Virus record (IMG/VR): IMGVR_UViG_3300034195_000009
Coordinates: 1-53,017 of that record
DNA length: 53,017 bases
DNA from: a virus
Lineage: Duplodnaviria > Caudoviricetes
Strand: one strand, 5' to 3'
How positions within the stretch are numbered: the stretch's first letter is position 1; each line of letters opens with the position of its first letter. A program made the translations under genes and the position numbers. Below are positions 34,258 through 43,929 of this stretch, in pieces. The notes under the pieces are model-generated. The model had not been told where the DNA came from. It ran no database searches and was given only the letters and a program-made list of their open reading frames with translations.

Positions 34258-36416
34258 CAGCGACCACTACCCTTCGCCTTGCGCACCTGGTTGGCGATCT
34301 CAGTCTTAACTGTGCTGGTCAGTTCCTTGCCATCCAGGGTGACGCTGACCAGCACGGTGGGCGGCGCACTGCCGCTACCGGCGCTGGCCATCATCGCTGC
34401 CACGGCGGCCTGCTGGCCTCCGTTAAGAACCAGCTCGCCACCGTGAACCGCTGCCATCAGTTCCTTACCGATGGGGCCGGGGACGACGCCACCCTTGGCG
34501 AAGTGATAGATCGTCGACATCTTCGTGCCGGGTGCCAGCACCGTATTCAAGCCGATGGTCTTGAAGGACACCGTGACCGTCTTATCCCGCAAGCCTTGAA
34601 GGACTCCGTTTACTGCCGTCTGGAAGCTTCGGAAACCGGCCTGCGCTTCCCTCAGCTTCGGACCCAATCCAGGAATCCAGCCGAAGGCCCACGTAGCGGC
34701 GTCGAGGATCTTCCCGGCGATGTTCAGCCACATGTTGACCAGCCATTGGAAGACCGGCACAAGGTTGTTCCTGACGCTGAACACCACGACATCGAAAGCG
34801 ACCTTGACGCCCGCCATGGCCGCCTGGACGATCGTCCGGAATGTGGCGCTGTTCTTATAGGCGAGGACGATAGCCGCGACCAGCGCGACAATACCGACGA
34901 TGACCAACCCGATCGGATTCGCAGTCAACGCCGCGTTCAGCAACCACTGTGCGCCGGTCCAGACCGCACTAGCCGCGGCCGACGCCAGCGTCGCGACCTT
35001 CTGAGCGCCCATGATGGCGAGGTCCTTGCCCTTGGCGATGATGCCCGATTGCGTCGAGAGCATCAGTTGCCACTGAGCGTTTACCGCAAGATTCGTGACG
35101 ACTGTCGATACCCCAGTAGCCAGCGCCGCGGCTTTCGTGGCCGCCGAGCTAGCTAGCACAACGACCTTCTGCGCGACCCATGCAGCCGAGTTCAGAACCA
35201 CCGAGCTCGACTCGCCGTAGGTGGCCAGGGCAACCGCCTGCTTTGCCGCTGCGATCCCCAATTCAATGGCTGCGATTGTGGCAGTAACAGCCTTGTACGC
35301 CTGGTAGCCCGTGACAACCGTCTTGATCGTCGCGTAAAGCGCCAGGCCAGCAATTGCCGTTCGATTCACGCCCGTAGTGTGATCTTCGTAGAAGGACAGC
35401 ACCGCCTTGCCCGCGCTGACCAGGTCATTAAAGGCGGTCTTTACCAGCCCCCCGACGGTGGCGACCTTCTGCATATCGGCGCTCGCCCCGGAGAGATTCC
35501 CGCCCTGGAAGCCTGCCAGGAAGGCCGAGGCGGCCGTCTCGGCCGCGTTGAGGGCCCCGGGGATCTTCTGCCCAATGGAGATCACGGTCGGCCCGATCGC
35601 CGTCCAGAGTCTACCGAAGGCGTCCTGTGCCTTCTGCAGCGCCCCCGGTAGTGCGGTCGCGAAACGGTCGGCCATGGTCGTCAGTGTCGGCAGCGCCTTG
35701 ATTTCCAAGTTCCGGAACGTATCCGAAACGACATCCTTCACTCTGGCAATTGCCCCACCGAAACCACTGCCTGCGGCTTTCGCTGCACCGCCGAACTCTT
35801 TCGACAGCTCACCGAGGATGATCTTCTGCGCCCCGAGAAGATCATGATTCTTCATCAGGGTAGTGATCTGCGCCTTCTGCTGGGCGTTGAAGGTGACGCC
35901 GACCCTACTTAGCGCCGTCAAGCCCTTGATCGGATCGTTGAGCGCCTTGCCCAGCTGGATATTCGAGCTCTTCAGGTCCTGACCGAGGGCGACGGACATG
36001 TCAAGAGCCAGCCCGGTCGCCCTGGTGAAAACATCGTTCCCCTTGCCGATCTCATTTCTTACATTGGTGAAAGTCAGCAAGATATTCTCGCCGTTGTTAA
36101 TCAGCATCTCATCAACGCCGGACATCGATTCGAGATTTCCGGCGAGCTCTTGCACTCCGGCTACCGACATCCGGCTGGCGTCGCCAGTCGACTTGAGGAC
36201 CTGGGCCGTGATGCGCCCCTGCGCCTGATAGGCAACGGCTTCATCGAAACCAGCCTTCAGTGCTCCGGCGAAGGCCTCGATCCCGTCCTTCGCCAGGCCG
36301 CCGAGGGCAACCGCGGTGATGGCTCCCATCTTGCTCAGTCCCTGGCCTACGGATCCGGCGACCTTCGAGACGTTGTCCTTGCCGATGAAATCCCAGGTAA
36401 GGCTGTTCTGGGCCAC
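34257..36416 (-). CDS. Tape measure protein
   Basis: Ala/Gly-rich helical; LGKALNDPIKGLTALSRVG; ANPIGLV; FAKGG near the C-terminus. Confidence 0.9.
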   Translation of the reverse strand: MAQNSLTWDFIGKDNVSKVAGSVGQGLSKMGAITAVALGGLAKDGIEAFAGALKAGFDEAVAYQAQGRITAQVLKSTGDASRMSVAGVQELAGNLESMSGVDEMLINNGENILLTFTNVRNEIGKGNDVFTRATGLALDMSVALGQDLKSSNIQLGKALNDPIKGLTALSRVGVTFNAQQKAQITTLMKNHDLLGAQKIILGELSKEFGGAAKAAGSGFGGAIARVKDVVSDTFRNLEIKALPTLTTMADRFATALPGALQKAQDAFGRLWTAIGPTVISIGQKIPGALNAAETAASAFLAGFQGGNLSGASADMQKVATVGGLVKTAFNDLVSAGKAVLSFYEDHTTGVNRTAIAGLALYATIKTVVTGYQAYKAVTATIAAIELGIAAAKQAVALATYGESSSVVLNSAAWVAQKVVVLASSAATKAAALATGVSTVVTNLAVNAQWQLMLSTQSGIIAKGKDLAIMGAQKVATLASAAASAVWTGAQWLLNAALTANPIGLVIVGIVALVAAIVLAYKNSATFRTIVQAAMAGVKVAFDVVVFSVRNNLVPVFQWLVNMWLNIAGKILDAATWAFGWIPGLGPKLREAQAGFRSFQTAVNGVLQGLRDKTVTVSFKTIGLNTVLAPGTKMSTIYHFAKGGVVPGPIGKELMAAVHGGELVLNGGQQAAVAAMMASAGSGSAPPTVLVSVTLDGKELTSTVKTEIANQVRKAKGSGR

Positions 36417-36928
36417 TATTTCAGCCGCCCCTCAAGATCGGAGAAAACGCGATTCAGTTCCGTAGCGACCGCGTTCCTGCTCTGCTGCATGGTGCTGTCG
36501 AACCAGGCCGATCGGGACGTCTGGATCACCTGAACACGCCTATGCCCGAAGACCGGATGGCGCCAGGCCCCTTTGTTCATGTTGCGCGGCAGGTTCCCGC
36601 GCGCGCCCAGCGCTGACCGGCCGATAACAATCCGGATCGTCGGGTCGCCACCGAGGCGCACCTGAATCCGCATCGTCCGGGCGATGGCCGCCCGGAGTCC
36701 GGACGACTTACCGGAGCCCTTCGAGGGGAGACCGCGAGCCGCCGACTTACCGGCGACCAGCGCCGGACGAGTGCCGGAGATGAGCCGCTTCCTGATGGCG
36801 GCCTTGACCACTCGGCCGTCTTCGAGATCCTTCAGCGCCTTGAGCATCCGGCGTACTTCGGCTGGGTCCGGTCCCTTGACCTGGATCCATCCAGTACTGG
36901 ATCCACGATTGCTGGCCGCCATGCTCAC
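36416..36928 (-). CDS. HK97 gp10-like basic tail/neck protein
   Basis: SGLRAAI...WRHPVFG...WF pattern; located between the chaperone and tape measure. Confidence 0.55.
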   Translation of the reverse strand: MSMAASNRGSSTGWIQVKGPDPAEVRRMLKALKDLEDGRVVKAAIRKRLISGTRPALVAGKSAARGLPSKGSGKSSGLRAAIARTMRIQVRLGGDPTIRIVIGRSALGARGNLPRNMNKGAWRHPVFGHRRVQVIQTSRSAWFDSTMQQSRNAVATELNRVFSDLEGRLK

Positions 36929-37296
36929 CGCCTCAAGCCGAGTGCTCTGCGTAACTCTTCCCTGTCTGGATCCGTGATCTTGACCGGAGATGCTAGGTAG
37001 TCGTCGAGGGCCTTACGGGCCTTGTCCACGTCGGGCCACTCATCCACCTTCACACCTCCCATACCGCATATCGTCCGATCTACCAGGGATTGCTGCTTGA
37101 TCTCCTCCAACAGCAAGACGTAGGAAAGATCGCAGATGTCGGCCGCACTCAGTCCTCCCTGCTCGCCAGAACTAGGGCCTGCTGAAGATCCGGACGCCCC
37201 GCCAGGCGCGCTAAGGCCCGAGAGGAGAAGTCGCCCGTTGAACTCGCCTTCATGGTCTGCGGCCCATCCGATGAGTCGGAAGGCCGCGAGGTAGGG
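36925..37296 (-). CDS. Tail assembly chaperone, -1 frameshift extension
   Basis: -1 frame is open from CCC TAC (37296) to 36925: PYLAAFRLIGWAADHEGEFNGRLLL... Confidence 0.65.
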   Translation of the reverse strand, partial: PYLAAFRLIGWAADHEGEFNGRLLLSGLSAPGGASGSSAGPSSGEQGGLSAADICDLSYVLLLEEIKQQSLVDRTICGMGGVKVDEWPDVDKARKALDDYLASPVKITDPDREELRRALGLRR

Positions 37297-37601
37297 CGCC
37301 CGGCGTCCCGCTGTGTCATGTCCTCGAAGATGCCCTCGACAACATGCACGAGGGTCTCATCGTCGGTATTGAACCGCTGGCAATTCCGCTTGAAGTCCCG
37401 ATACTGACCTTCGCCGAGAACCATCTCGAAGAACTCGGCGATAAAAGCGATCGACTCGGTGGACAGCGCGTCCGTGCCCTGCATCCGGGCCAAGTCCGAG
37501 ATGGCCAGCGCCCCCATTTCCCGGCACGTGTACACGATGCCATCGAGCGTGAACTGAATGGCGTCGGGGAACTCGCGGGGCTTCGTGGTGAAGGTCCTCA
37601 T
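37149..37601 (-). CDS. Tail assembly chaperone
   Basis: Follows the major tail gene; RPT..S.S.DG tail typical of the frameshift position. Confidence 0.8.
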   Translation of the reverse strand: MRTFTTKPREFPDAIQFTLDGIVYTCREMGALAISDLARMQGTDALSTESIAFIAEFFEMVLGEGQYRDFKRNCQRFNTDDETLVHVVEGIFEDMTQRDAGRPTSRPSDSSDGPQTMKASSTGDFSSRALARLAGRPDLQQALVLASRED

Positions 37602-38179
37602 GCCCGAGCCGCCCCAGCGCTGTACAGCTCCCACGGAATCCCAGACACCGGGATCTCGTGGTTCATCGTGACGGGAATCGTGGCGTAGGACGGGGCTTTC
37701 TTGAAGTCCGACCCAATCTTTCCAGAGCTGAGCACCTGGTAACCGATGTATCGCATCGTGTTATCCAGTGATTCCCAGCCGATCATGCAACGAACTTCAG
37801 AGCCCGGAGCGGCCGGGCGTAGCCGGTTCAGCTGAGTTGTGCCGGAGCCGGACACGACGGCCAGCGTCCCGCCGTTGATCGCCTTCGACCAGTTGCCCAG
37901 CGTGTAGGAAGCCATCGCGAAACTGAAGACGGCGGCCCGCTCCGTGGTGACCCACTTCACCGGGTCCAGGAACTCGGCGACACTGACTTTGTCCACGGTA
38001 ATGTCGTACTCGAAGTGCGAGCCGTCCTCGGTGGCGCCCAGCGAGACCCACGGTCCGGCCCAACTGTCGGTGAAGACGGACCCGACCACAGTATTCGCCG
38101 GGATGGACGTACCGAGCGGCGCCCAGAACAGGTACCCGGCGTCGGTGAGCACCGTCGGGGTTGCGGTTGTGCCTGGCAT
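37598..38179 (-). CDS. Major tail protein
   Basis: LFWAPLGT..P, W..LGATEDG motif. Confidence 0.85.
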   Translation of the reverse strand: MPGTTATPTVLTDAGYLFWAPLGTSIPANTVVGSVFTDSWAGPWVSLGATEDGSHFEYDITVDKVSVAEFLDPVKWVTTERAAVFSFAMASYTLGNWSKAINGGTLAVVSGSGTTQLNRLRPAAPGSEVRCMIGWESLDNTMRYIGYQVLSSGKIGSDFKKAPSYATIPVTMNHEIPVSGIPWELYSAGAARA

Positions 38180-38188
38180 GACTTCTCC

Positions 38189-38521
38189 TTACGGTGCCGA
38201 GATCACGGCGTAGGTGACGGATGACTGGACTGAGAAGGTGATACCAACCAGACCATCGGCGGGGTCGAGGTAGGGGAAGCCCTTCGGGATGGAAATGAAG
38301 GCCATCCCCGTGGTTGCCCCGATGGAGGTCTCGGACCGGTTCGGGATGACCAGGTCCCCATCGGCCGGACTGATGGAGACAATGCCGACTGTCAGGGCTG
38401 CGGCGTTCGCGTTCTTGACATGCAGGATCGAGCCGGGCGGAACCCGGTCGGCCGCGGCGGCTGCGTTGTAGGTGGCGTTCAATCCCGCTTTCGGGATTGC
38501 CTGGGCGGCGTAGGTGGCCAT
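38189..38521 (-). CDS. Small virion-associated beta-rich protein
   Basis: LHVKN motif; position in the neck/tail cluster. Confidence 0.6.
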   Translation of the reverse strand: MATYAAQAIPKAGLNATYNAAAAADRVPPGSILHVKNANAAALTVGIVSISPADGDLVIPNRSETSIGATTGMAFISIPKGFPYLDPADGLVGITFSVQSSVTYAVISAP

Positions 38522-38832
38522 CAGATCGCCCCCGCTTCGCGATTCGCCTTGTCGGCCGCTTCGATGTCAGCCGGGTCGGGCCTGGTGTCCGCACCGAATG
38601 GCCGGACGACGCTCACGGTAGGTCGCTCCGCCTCCGCTGCGGCCGGGCGCACCTGGTCCCGTCGGACGATTCCGCTGTCCACGTGCGACGCGGGAACGGG
38701 GTAACCGTCATTGAAAGCCCGTGCGCCACCGATGTCGATCGAGCCTACGGCGACCCACGTCCCCCATTCGTTGGTCTGCCCCTCGACGTACTCGGCGAGA
38801 TCGGGTGTGTCACTTATTTTCCTGCTGGCCAT
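38521..38832 (-). CDS. Hypothetical structural-region protein
   Basis: GARAFN.G.PVPASHV. Confidence 0.6.
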   Translation of the reverse strand: MASRKISDTPDLAEYVEGQTNEWGTWVAVGSIDIGGARAFNDGYPVPASHVDSGIVRRDQVRPAAAEAERPTVSVVRPFGADTRPDPADIEAADKANREAGAI

Positions 38833-38841
38833 CTTCTCTCC

Positions 38842-39309
38842 TTAGTTGACCGTCGGCCTGGCAACAAACTCGCAGCGGAAACTCAGTCCGACATACGGAC
38901 CCTTGCTCGTATTCAGCCGGTAGAGCTGCCACGCACCCAGGTAGGCCGACGACAGCGCGACCACACCTAGGGTCCGTCCCGCCGAATCCGGGCGCAGCAG
39001 CCCGCCGACCGTGCTCCGGACTCCGAAGGCGTCCGCCTGCAAGCTTGTGAAATCGCCACCGCCGGACCACGACTCGGATAGGCAGACGATCGTGAACGTT
39101 TCGATGTTGATGATTCCCGACGTCCCCGGATCCGGGGCGTTGCCACCTTCGGCCGTGTATGCCTGGGGATCCATGTCTTGACCGACCCATAAACGCTTAA
39201 GGGCCGACTCGTCCTTCAGTGCCGGACCGTCGAGCACAACGATGCTCGTCAGTGCGGCCTGGGCTGCGGCCAGCAGGGCAGCGTGCGCATCGAGGTAAGT
39301 GGTACTCAT
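38842..39309 (-). CDS. Tail terminator / head-tail joining protein
   Basis: VLDGP, LR.D.TLG motifs; position. Confidence 0.65.
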   Translation of the reverse strand: MSTTYLDAHAALLAAAQAALTSIVVLDGPALKDESALKRLWVGQDMDPQAYTAEGGNAPDPGTSGIINIETFTIVCLSESWSGGGDFTSLQADAFGVRSTVGGLLRPDSAGRTLGVVALSSAYLGAWQLYRLNTSKGPYVGLSFRCEFVARPTVN

Positions 39310-40154
39310 CCGCATCTCGGAATCTGAACAGATGGCTGCAGGAGCTCCAGCACTCGGCGCGGCACGGTGTATTCCTTGCCGCGGAAGGCATATATCTCAT
39401 CGTCGGATTCAGGGCCGGGTCCGGAACTGCGCACGCTCAAGCCGCCGCGCTGGGTCTCCCAGAGATGCGTGATGATCTCTTTCGCGCCGTGAGTGATCGA
39501 GGCCTTCACAACCGGTCGGCCGGTCTGGTAGGTGACCAGGAACGGCCCGCCGACGAAGGGGAAGCCGTCGAGGCGGGCCACCTGGCCATGCTCTGCATCG
39601 ATGATCTTTACCAGGCTGACCGGATAGGAAACCCCGAAAGTCAATTCGGGAAGGATCGAAATCAGGGAGACGACTGGCAACTCTGTGAGCCATAGGCTCT
39701 GCTGGTCGCTGTCCGCGTGAGTGGTAACGGTCCTGACGACGACGTTGCCGACCTTATCTTCAATAATGTCGGTCGCTACGAGAATGAAGAGATCGAGCTC
39801 GGCATCGTCGGCCACGTAGGTCGGATCGAGGTTCAGCTTCAGTTTCATGTCGGCGCGACTGACGAGGCCGGTTGATACCGAATCAAGCACCTCGAAGACG
39901 AAGGTGCCGGTCGTGGTCGGCGCCGTCGTCGACCAGAAGCCAGTATGCCGACCGGCTTCGACGGTGGTGAAGTCGACCAGCAGGTGACCGGTCGATGCAG
40001 GGGGAAGGGTGACGGCCGGTGTCGTCGTAATCACCGTGCCGTCAGGCTTCACGTTGACGATGGTCACGGTGGCCGTTGCGGGGTTCACCAGGGCGCCCGT
40101 GGCGTCGTAAACGTCGAGGGTGGCCCGGTAGATGCTGCCCTTCGTGATCGCCAT
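39306..40154 (-). CDS. Head-to-tail adaptor with extra N-terminal Ig-like domain
   Basis: DDAEL..FI..AT..IE, HLWETQRG, VPRRVLELL. Confidence 0.8.
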   Translation of the reverse strand: MAITKGSIYRATLDVYDATGALVNPATATVTIVNVKPDGTVITTTPAVTLPPASTGHLLVDFTTVEAGRHTGFWSTTAPTTTGTFVFEVLDSVSTGLVSRADMKLKLNLDPTYVADDAELDLFILVATDIIEDKVGNVVVRTVTTHADSDQQSLWLTELPVVSLISILPELTFGVSYPVSLVKIIDAEHGQVARLDGFPFVGGPFLVTYQTGRPVVKASITHGAKEIITHLWETQRGGLSVRSSGPGPESDDEIYAFRGKEYTVPRRVLELLQPSVQIPRCG

Positions 40155-41887
40155 CAGTTGCGCCCTTCTCCGGCTACTCCGTGCGATGTCAGATCTTGTC
40201 CCGATCGGCTACGCGGAGTCGTTCCTTCGCTGGTTACACCATATGGTGTCACCGAATCGCCGGGGACCCCGTGCGCAGATACCGCCTCGCCGGGCTGGCC
40301 CCCGGCGGCCCTCGCTTCACCGGGCCTTCCGTAGCCGTAAACGACTGCCATGGCTACCGTCGCGGAAGCCACCAGTGCCGCGCTGAACGACTGGATCGAG
40401 CCTCCTGCAATTGCCACCACGCCTACCGGTGAGAGGCCCGCCGTGGACGGCAGGGCGGCGCCAGATGCCATCGCAATGGATCCGGCCGCCGAGCCCCCCG
40501 CCGTGATGGTCATCGCAACCAGGCCGTTGATGTTCGCTCCAGCAGCCGTACCAGAGATCGTCGATCCGGCCGTTACGGTCTGCGTGTACACGCCGAGTCG
40601 ATTGACAACACCTGATGTCAAGGTAGAAGCCGTGTACACGCTGGCTGTAGCGCCAACCGTCGCGACAGCACCGATCACCGTCGAACCGGCCGTGCCGATC
40701 ACCGTCGCGGCGCCGGTCAAGCCAGAAACGATCGAGCCGACAGCTGCGAGTCCGGCCGTCGTCGACAACGACGCGGCGCCGGTCATTGCGACAGCACCGG
40801 TAGCTGACAGGCTCGCCGCGCCCGTCAGACTCGCCGCGCCCGCTGCCGCGACGACGCCAGAGATCGTAGATCCGGCCGTCGTCAACAGCGATACGGCGCC
40901 AGTCCGGGCGACGACTCCAGTCGCTGCCAGGCCAGCCGTTCCGATGAGGGTCGCGGCACCGGAAATGCTGACAGCGCCAGCCGTCGACAGCCCCGCAACG
41001 CCTCCCAGCGTCGCCCCGCCAGAAATCGCAACAATGCCAGCCGTCGACAGCCCCGCCGACACCGAGAGAGTCCCAGCGCCCAACTCCCCCACGAAGCCAG
41101 CCACCGACGAAGCGGCTGCACCAGAAAGGCTCGCGTCGCCGGTCGCGCCACCCCCGCCAACGACGCCAGTCGTCGCCAGGTTCGCCGTACTGGTCGCCGT
41201 CACTCCGCCCGAAGCCCCGACAATGCCGCTCGCCGCCAGCGCTGTCGTCGTCGAAAGAGATTCAGCACCCAGCTTCCCCACGAATCCGGCCGCCGAAGAC
41301 ACGGCGACGCCGGGAAGGCTCGCATCACCGGTCACGCCAATCACGCCACTACCGATAGAAACATCAACGCCGTAGAAATCATCGTTGAAGTTGTCCGTAG
41401 CCGCGGCGATTGATGATCCGTAGGCGAATACGCCGCTGAGTTCAGACGTCTGACTAGCGGTCAGGACAAGCGGGCCATTGGTGACAGAATTAGCCGTGAA
41501 CTCATGAGAGATGTATCCGTAGTTACTCCCGGGCATCCACACTTCGGCGTAATAGATAACATTCTGTGTTATCGGGTAGGAAATGGGGACTTCATTCCAT
41601 ACACCGCGAACGATGGTCCCGAAATTGGCCTGAGCCAGCGGGGTCCCCGAGGCGCCACCGAGGCCATCAGAGGCGAAGATGGCACCGACCCACCCCGTCA
41701 GCGAGCCGGTTCCCGTCGCCGACGGAAAGACCCTGACGGCGACCGCGCTGAATCCGACTGACGTCGACTTGAAGGCAACGCCCAGGTTGACCGCTGCCGG
41801 ATCCGCGCCGAATGTCAGCCCCGGGTCTGCTGCGCCGAAGCCGTTATATGCGACGGTGGACGTGTTGAAGAGCAGCAGAAGACTCAT
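40154..41887 (-). CDS. DUF4082-like domain plus ~16 x 20-aa Gly/Ala/Thr/Ser repeat fibre protein
   Basis: NLGVAF...WNEVPI..PI...YGVDV head domain; 60-nt periodicity visible at 40981/41041. Confidence 0.7.
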   Translation of the reverse strand: MSLLLLFNTSTVAYNGFGAADPGLTFGADPAAVNLGVAFKSTSVGFSAVAVRVFPSATGTGSLTGWVGAIFASDGLGGASGTPLAQANFGTIVRGVWNEVPISYPITQNVIYYAEVWMPGSNYGYISHEFTANSVTNGPLVLTASQTSELSGVFAYGSSIAAATDNFNDDFYGVDVSIGSGVIGVTGDASLPGVAVSSAAGFVGKLGAESLSTTTALAASGIVGASGGVTATSTANLATTGVVGGGGATGDASLSGAAASSVAGFVGELGAGTLSVSAGLSTAGIVAISGGATLGGVAGLSTAGAVSISGAATLIGTAGLAATGVVARTGAVSLLTTAGSTISGVVAAAGAASLTGAASLSATGAVAMTGAASLSTTAGLAAVGSIVSGLTGAATVIGTAGSTVIGAVATVGATASVYTASTLTSGVVNRLGVYTQTVTAGSTISGTAAGANINGLVAMTITAGGSAAGSIAMASGAALPSTAGLSPVGVVAIAGGSIQSFSAALVASATVAMAVVYGYGRPGEARAAGGQPGEAVSAHGVPGDSVTPYGVTSEGTTPRSRSGQDLTSHGVAGEGRN

Positions 41888-41914
41888 GAGCTACTCCCGT
41901 CCGGTATCAGCAGA

Positions 41915-42550
41915 TCAGACGGGAACCTCACACCAGGAGATAGCTCCGAAGCCAACAGCCGCGGTCAGCGCGCCGATAGCGATCCAGCTGCCGGGCGGGA
42001 CGACGATCCCGCCAGAAATGTCGATCCACGAGGCGGGGGATGCCGGTAGCGCTGCAGCTGTGAAGCCGCCCATGAGCGGCAGAACATAACCAGGGTTGAC
42101 AATGGTTGCTGCGCTGGCGGCCAGAGCGCTCGACTTGGCCCCGGAGCCGATCAGGGCATTCTGAATGCCGGGAGCTGCAAGCGGCGTGGTCTGCGCGACG
42201 GGTGTCGTCGTCACGCTTCCAGCGATGAGGTGCAGCGAGGCAATGCCCGCCGGGGCCACGCTCAGCGCGAAACCACATCCGAGGATGACCAGGTTCTTCG
42301 CCGGAGTACCAGCGAGGACCGGGGGGTTCGTGATGCACAGGCCGGTGTAGGTGGTGGCCAGAGCGACAGAGAGAGTGACGGCGGCCACGTTGTGAGCGAT
42401 GAAATTGTTTCCTCGGATCGCGTTCTCGGCGTACCTCGCATTGAGTTCCGAGACGATGACCTCGGTACCGCGACCAAGCCGGATCGGCAGAACAGAGCCG
42501 TCTTGGGCGTAGTCGGGGCCGACATTTCCAGCAACCTGGATTCCGGGCAT
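41915..42550 (-). CDS. Putative virion decoration protein
   Basis: Beta-rich, Ala/Gly-rich; GGIVVPPG..., W.EVP end. Confidence 0.6.
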   Translation of the reverse strand: MPGIQVAGNVGPDYAQDGSVLPIRLGRGTEVIVSELNARYAENAIRGNNFIAHNVAAVTLSVALATTYTGLCITNPPVLAGTPAKNLVILGCGFALSVAPAGIASLHLIAGSVTTTPVAQTTPLAAPGIQNALIGSGAKSSALAASAATIVNPGYVLPLMGGFTAAALPASPASWIDISGGIVVPPGSWIAIGALTAAVGFGAISWCEVPV

Positions 42551-43647
42551 TAGAAAACCTCCGTTAGTGCATCAGCTGAAATTGAGACTCCGGAGATCGA
42601 CTCCAGACAGAGGGCAATTCTCCGAAGTTCGGCCAGGATCAGGAGCTGTGTTGGTTCGTGTACCTGTAATTCTCCATCGACTAGAACCAATCCGGGAAGC
42701 TTGCTCACCGGATTGATCCCTACCACCAGAGAAGTATCAGATGCAGACGGAGCGACACGTGCATCCTTGACTGTCGCCTTGAGCCACGGGTTCGCCCCGT
42801 CCGACAGGCCGACCGCGTTCCGGGAATTGTCGTACATGCCGACCCCGGTCAGGGTTAGGACTGGGGAGATGGCGTTCGTTATCGTCGCGTTGATCGAATG
42901 CAGACGAATCGGGAGCCGTTGACTGGCCGGAGCGGCGAAGGTGAAAGCCGCTGGCAGGTCGAAAGCGTCCTTGTAGAAGTACGTGATATCCCCACGAGTG
43001 ATGACAACATACCTATGAGGAAGCCCGTCGGTGCTCGCCGTGATCGCCTGGTTGAAGACCAGGTTTCCAGCGTTGTAGACCACGGCCTGAAGAGTCCCTG
43101 CTGTGGTGATCTCGAAACCGATTCCGTCGTAGATCGGGAGCGCCGCCGTGTTGGCGTTGGGTGTCCCGAAGCCGAAGAATCGATGATTTCCGACGGAGAC
43201 TGTTCCGGCCTCCATCGAGACGGAAAACGCGAGCGTGGCCGCGGATGCGAAACCGAAACTCGGCCTTGAAGACACGGATACTCCGGCGTTCGTGGCCTGC
43301 AAGGGTGGAAGCGACAGCAGCCCCGCCGTAACAACGGGCGTCACCGATCCGGACGTCGACCATTTCGCATCGGTGTCCATCTTGCCCGTATCGAAGGTAT
43401 CAGCCAGGAGGACGACCCCCGGAGGAGCCACGTTCAGATTTCCCTCGGCGCTGATCGTGGCGAAGATCTGACCGAAAGTATTCGGATTCGTCAGGCTGAC
43501 AAGGCCGTCGCCCCCGGGGTTGATCTTCTGCGTATACGAGTTTGTCGCATCGCCAACCGTGACTGCCTGGCGGACGTAACCGGTGCCGGTCTGACTGTAT
43601 GTGTCTACATTCAGACCGTCAGGAATCGGTGCCGGTGTGTTCGTCAT
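42550..43647 (-). CDS. Putative virion protein with lectin/ConA-like beta-sandwich
   Basis: DTFD...KW, FFGFG, GIGFEI, HRY.V...YFY pattern. Confidence 0.55.
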   Translation of the reverse strand: MTNTPAPIPDGLNVDTYSQTGTGYVRQAVTVGDATNSYTQKINPGGDGLVSLTNPNTFGQIFATISAEGNLNVAPPGVVLLADTFDTGKMDTDAKWSTSGSVTPVVTAGLLSLPPLQATNAGVSVSSRPSFGFASAATLAFSVSMEAGTVSVGNHRFFGFGTPNANTAALPIYDGIGFEITTAGTLQAVVYNAGNLVFNQAITASTDGLPHRYVVITRGDITYFYKDAFDLPAAFTFAAPASQRLPIRLHSINATITNAISPVLTLTGVGMYDNSRNAVGLSDGANPWLKATVKDARVAPSASDTSLVVGINPVSKLPGLVLVDGELQVHEPTQLLILAELRRIALCLESISGVSISADALTEVF

Positions 43648-43925
43648 GCAATCAGGCCCTTCGCGCAGCCTTGAACCAGGACGTAGGCGGAATCATTCGA
43701 CAGTCCGGCGGGAACGGTGATCACGGTTCCCGAGATCGTCCCCACCGCGGTCTGGCCGATCACCGTGGCGCCCTGCATGAAAGCCATTTTCACGAAGGTG
43801 AACTGTCCGGCGACGTCGAAGGTATCCCCACTCGTGGCGTTGCTCAGCACGTAAAGCACCACGTGCTGACCGAAACCCTCGTGGTAAAGCTCGTAGAAAC
43901 CGGTTCCTTGCGAGAGGACGGCCAT
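43644..43925 (-). CDS. Small beta-rich protein
   Basis: Packed ORF. Confidence 0.6.
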   Translation of the reverse strand: MAVLSQGTGFYELYHEGFGQHVVLYVLSNATSGDTFDVAGQFTFVKMAFMQGATVIGQTAVGTISGTVITVPAGLSNDSAYVLVQGCAKGLIA

Positions 43926-43929
43926 CGCT

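Noticed and set aside
40350-41375. 341-aa plus-strand Pro/Ala/Thr repeat ORF
   Set aside because: Antisense shadow of the repeat fibre gene
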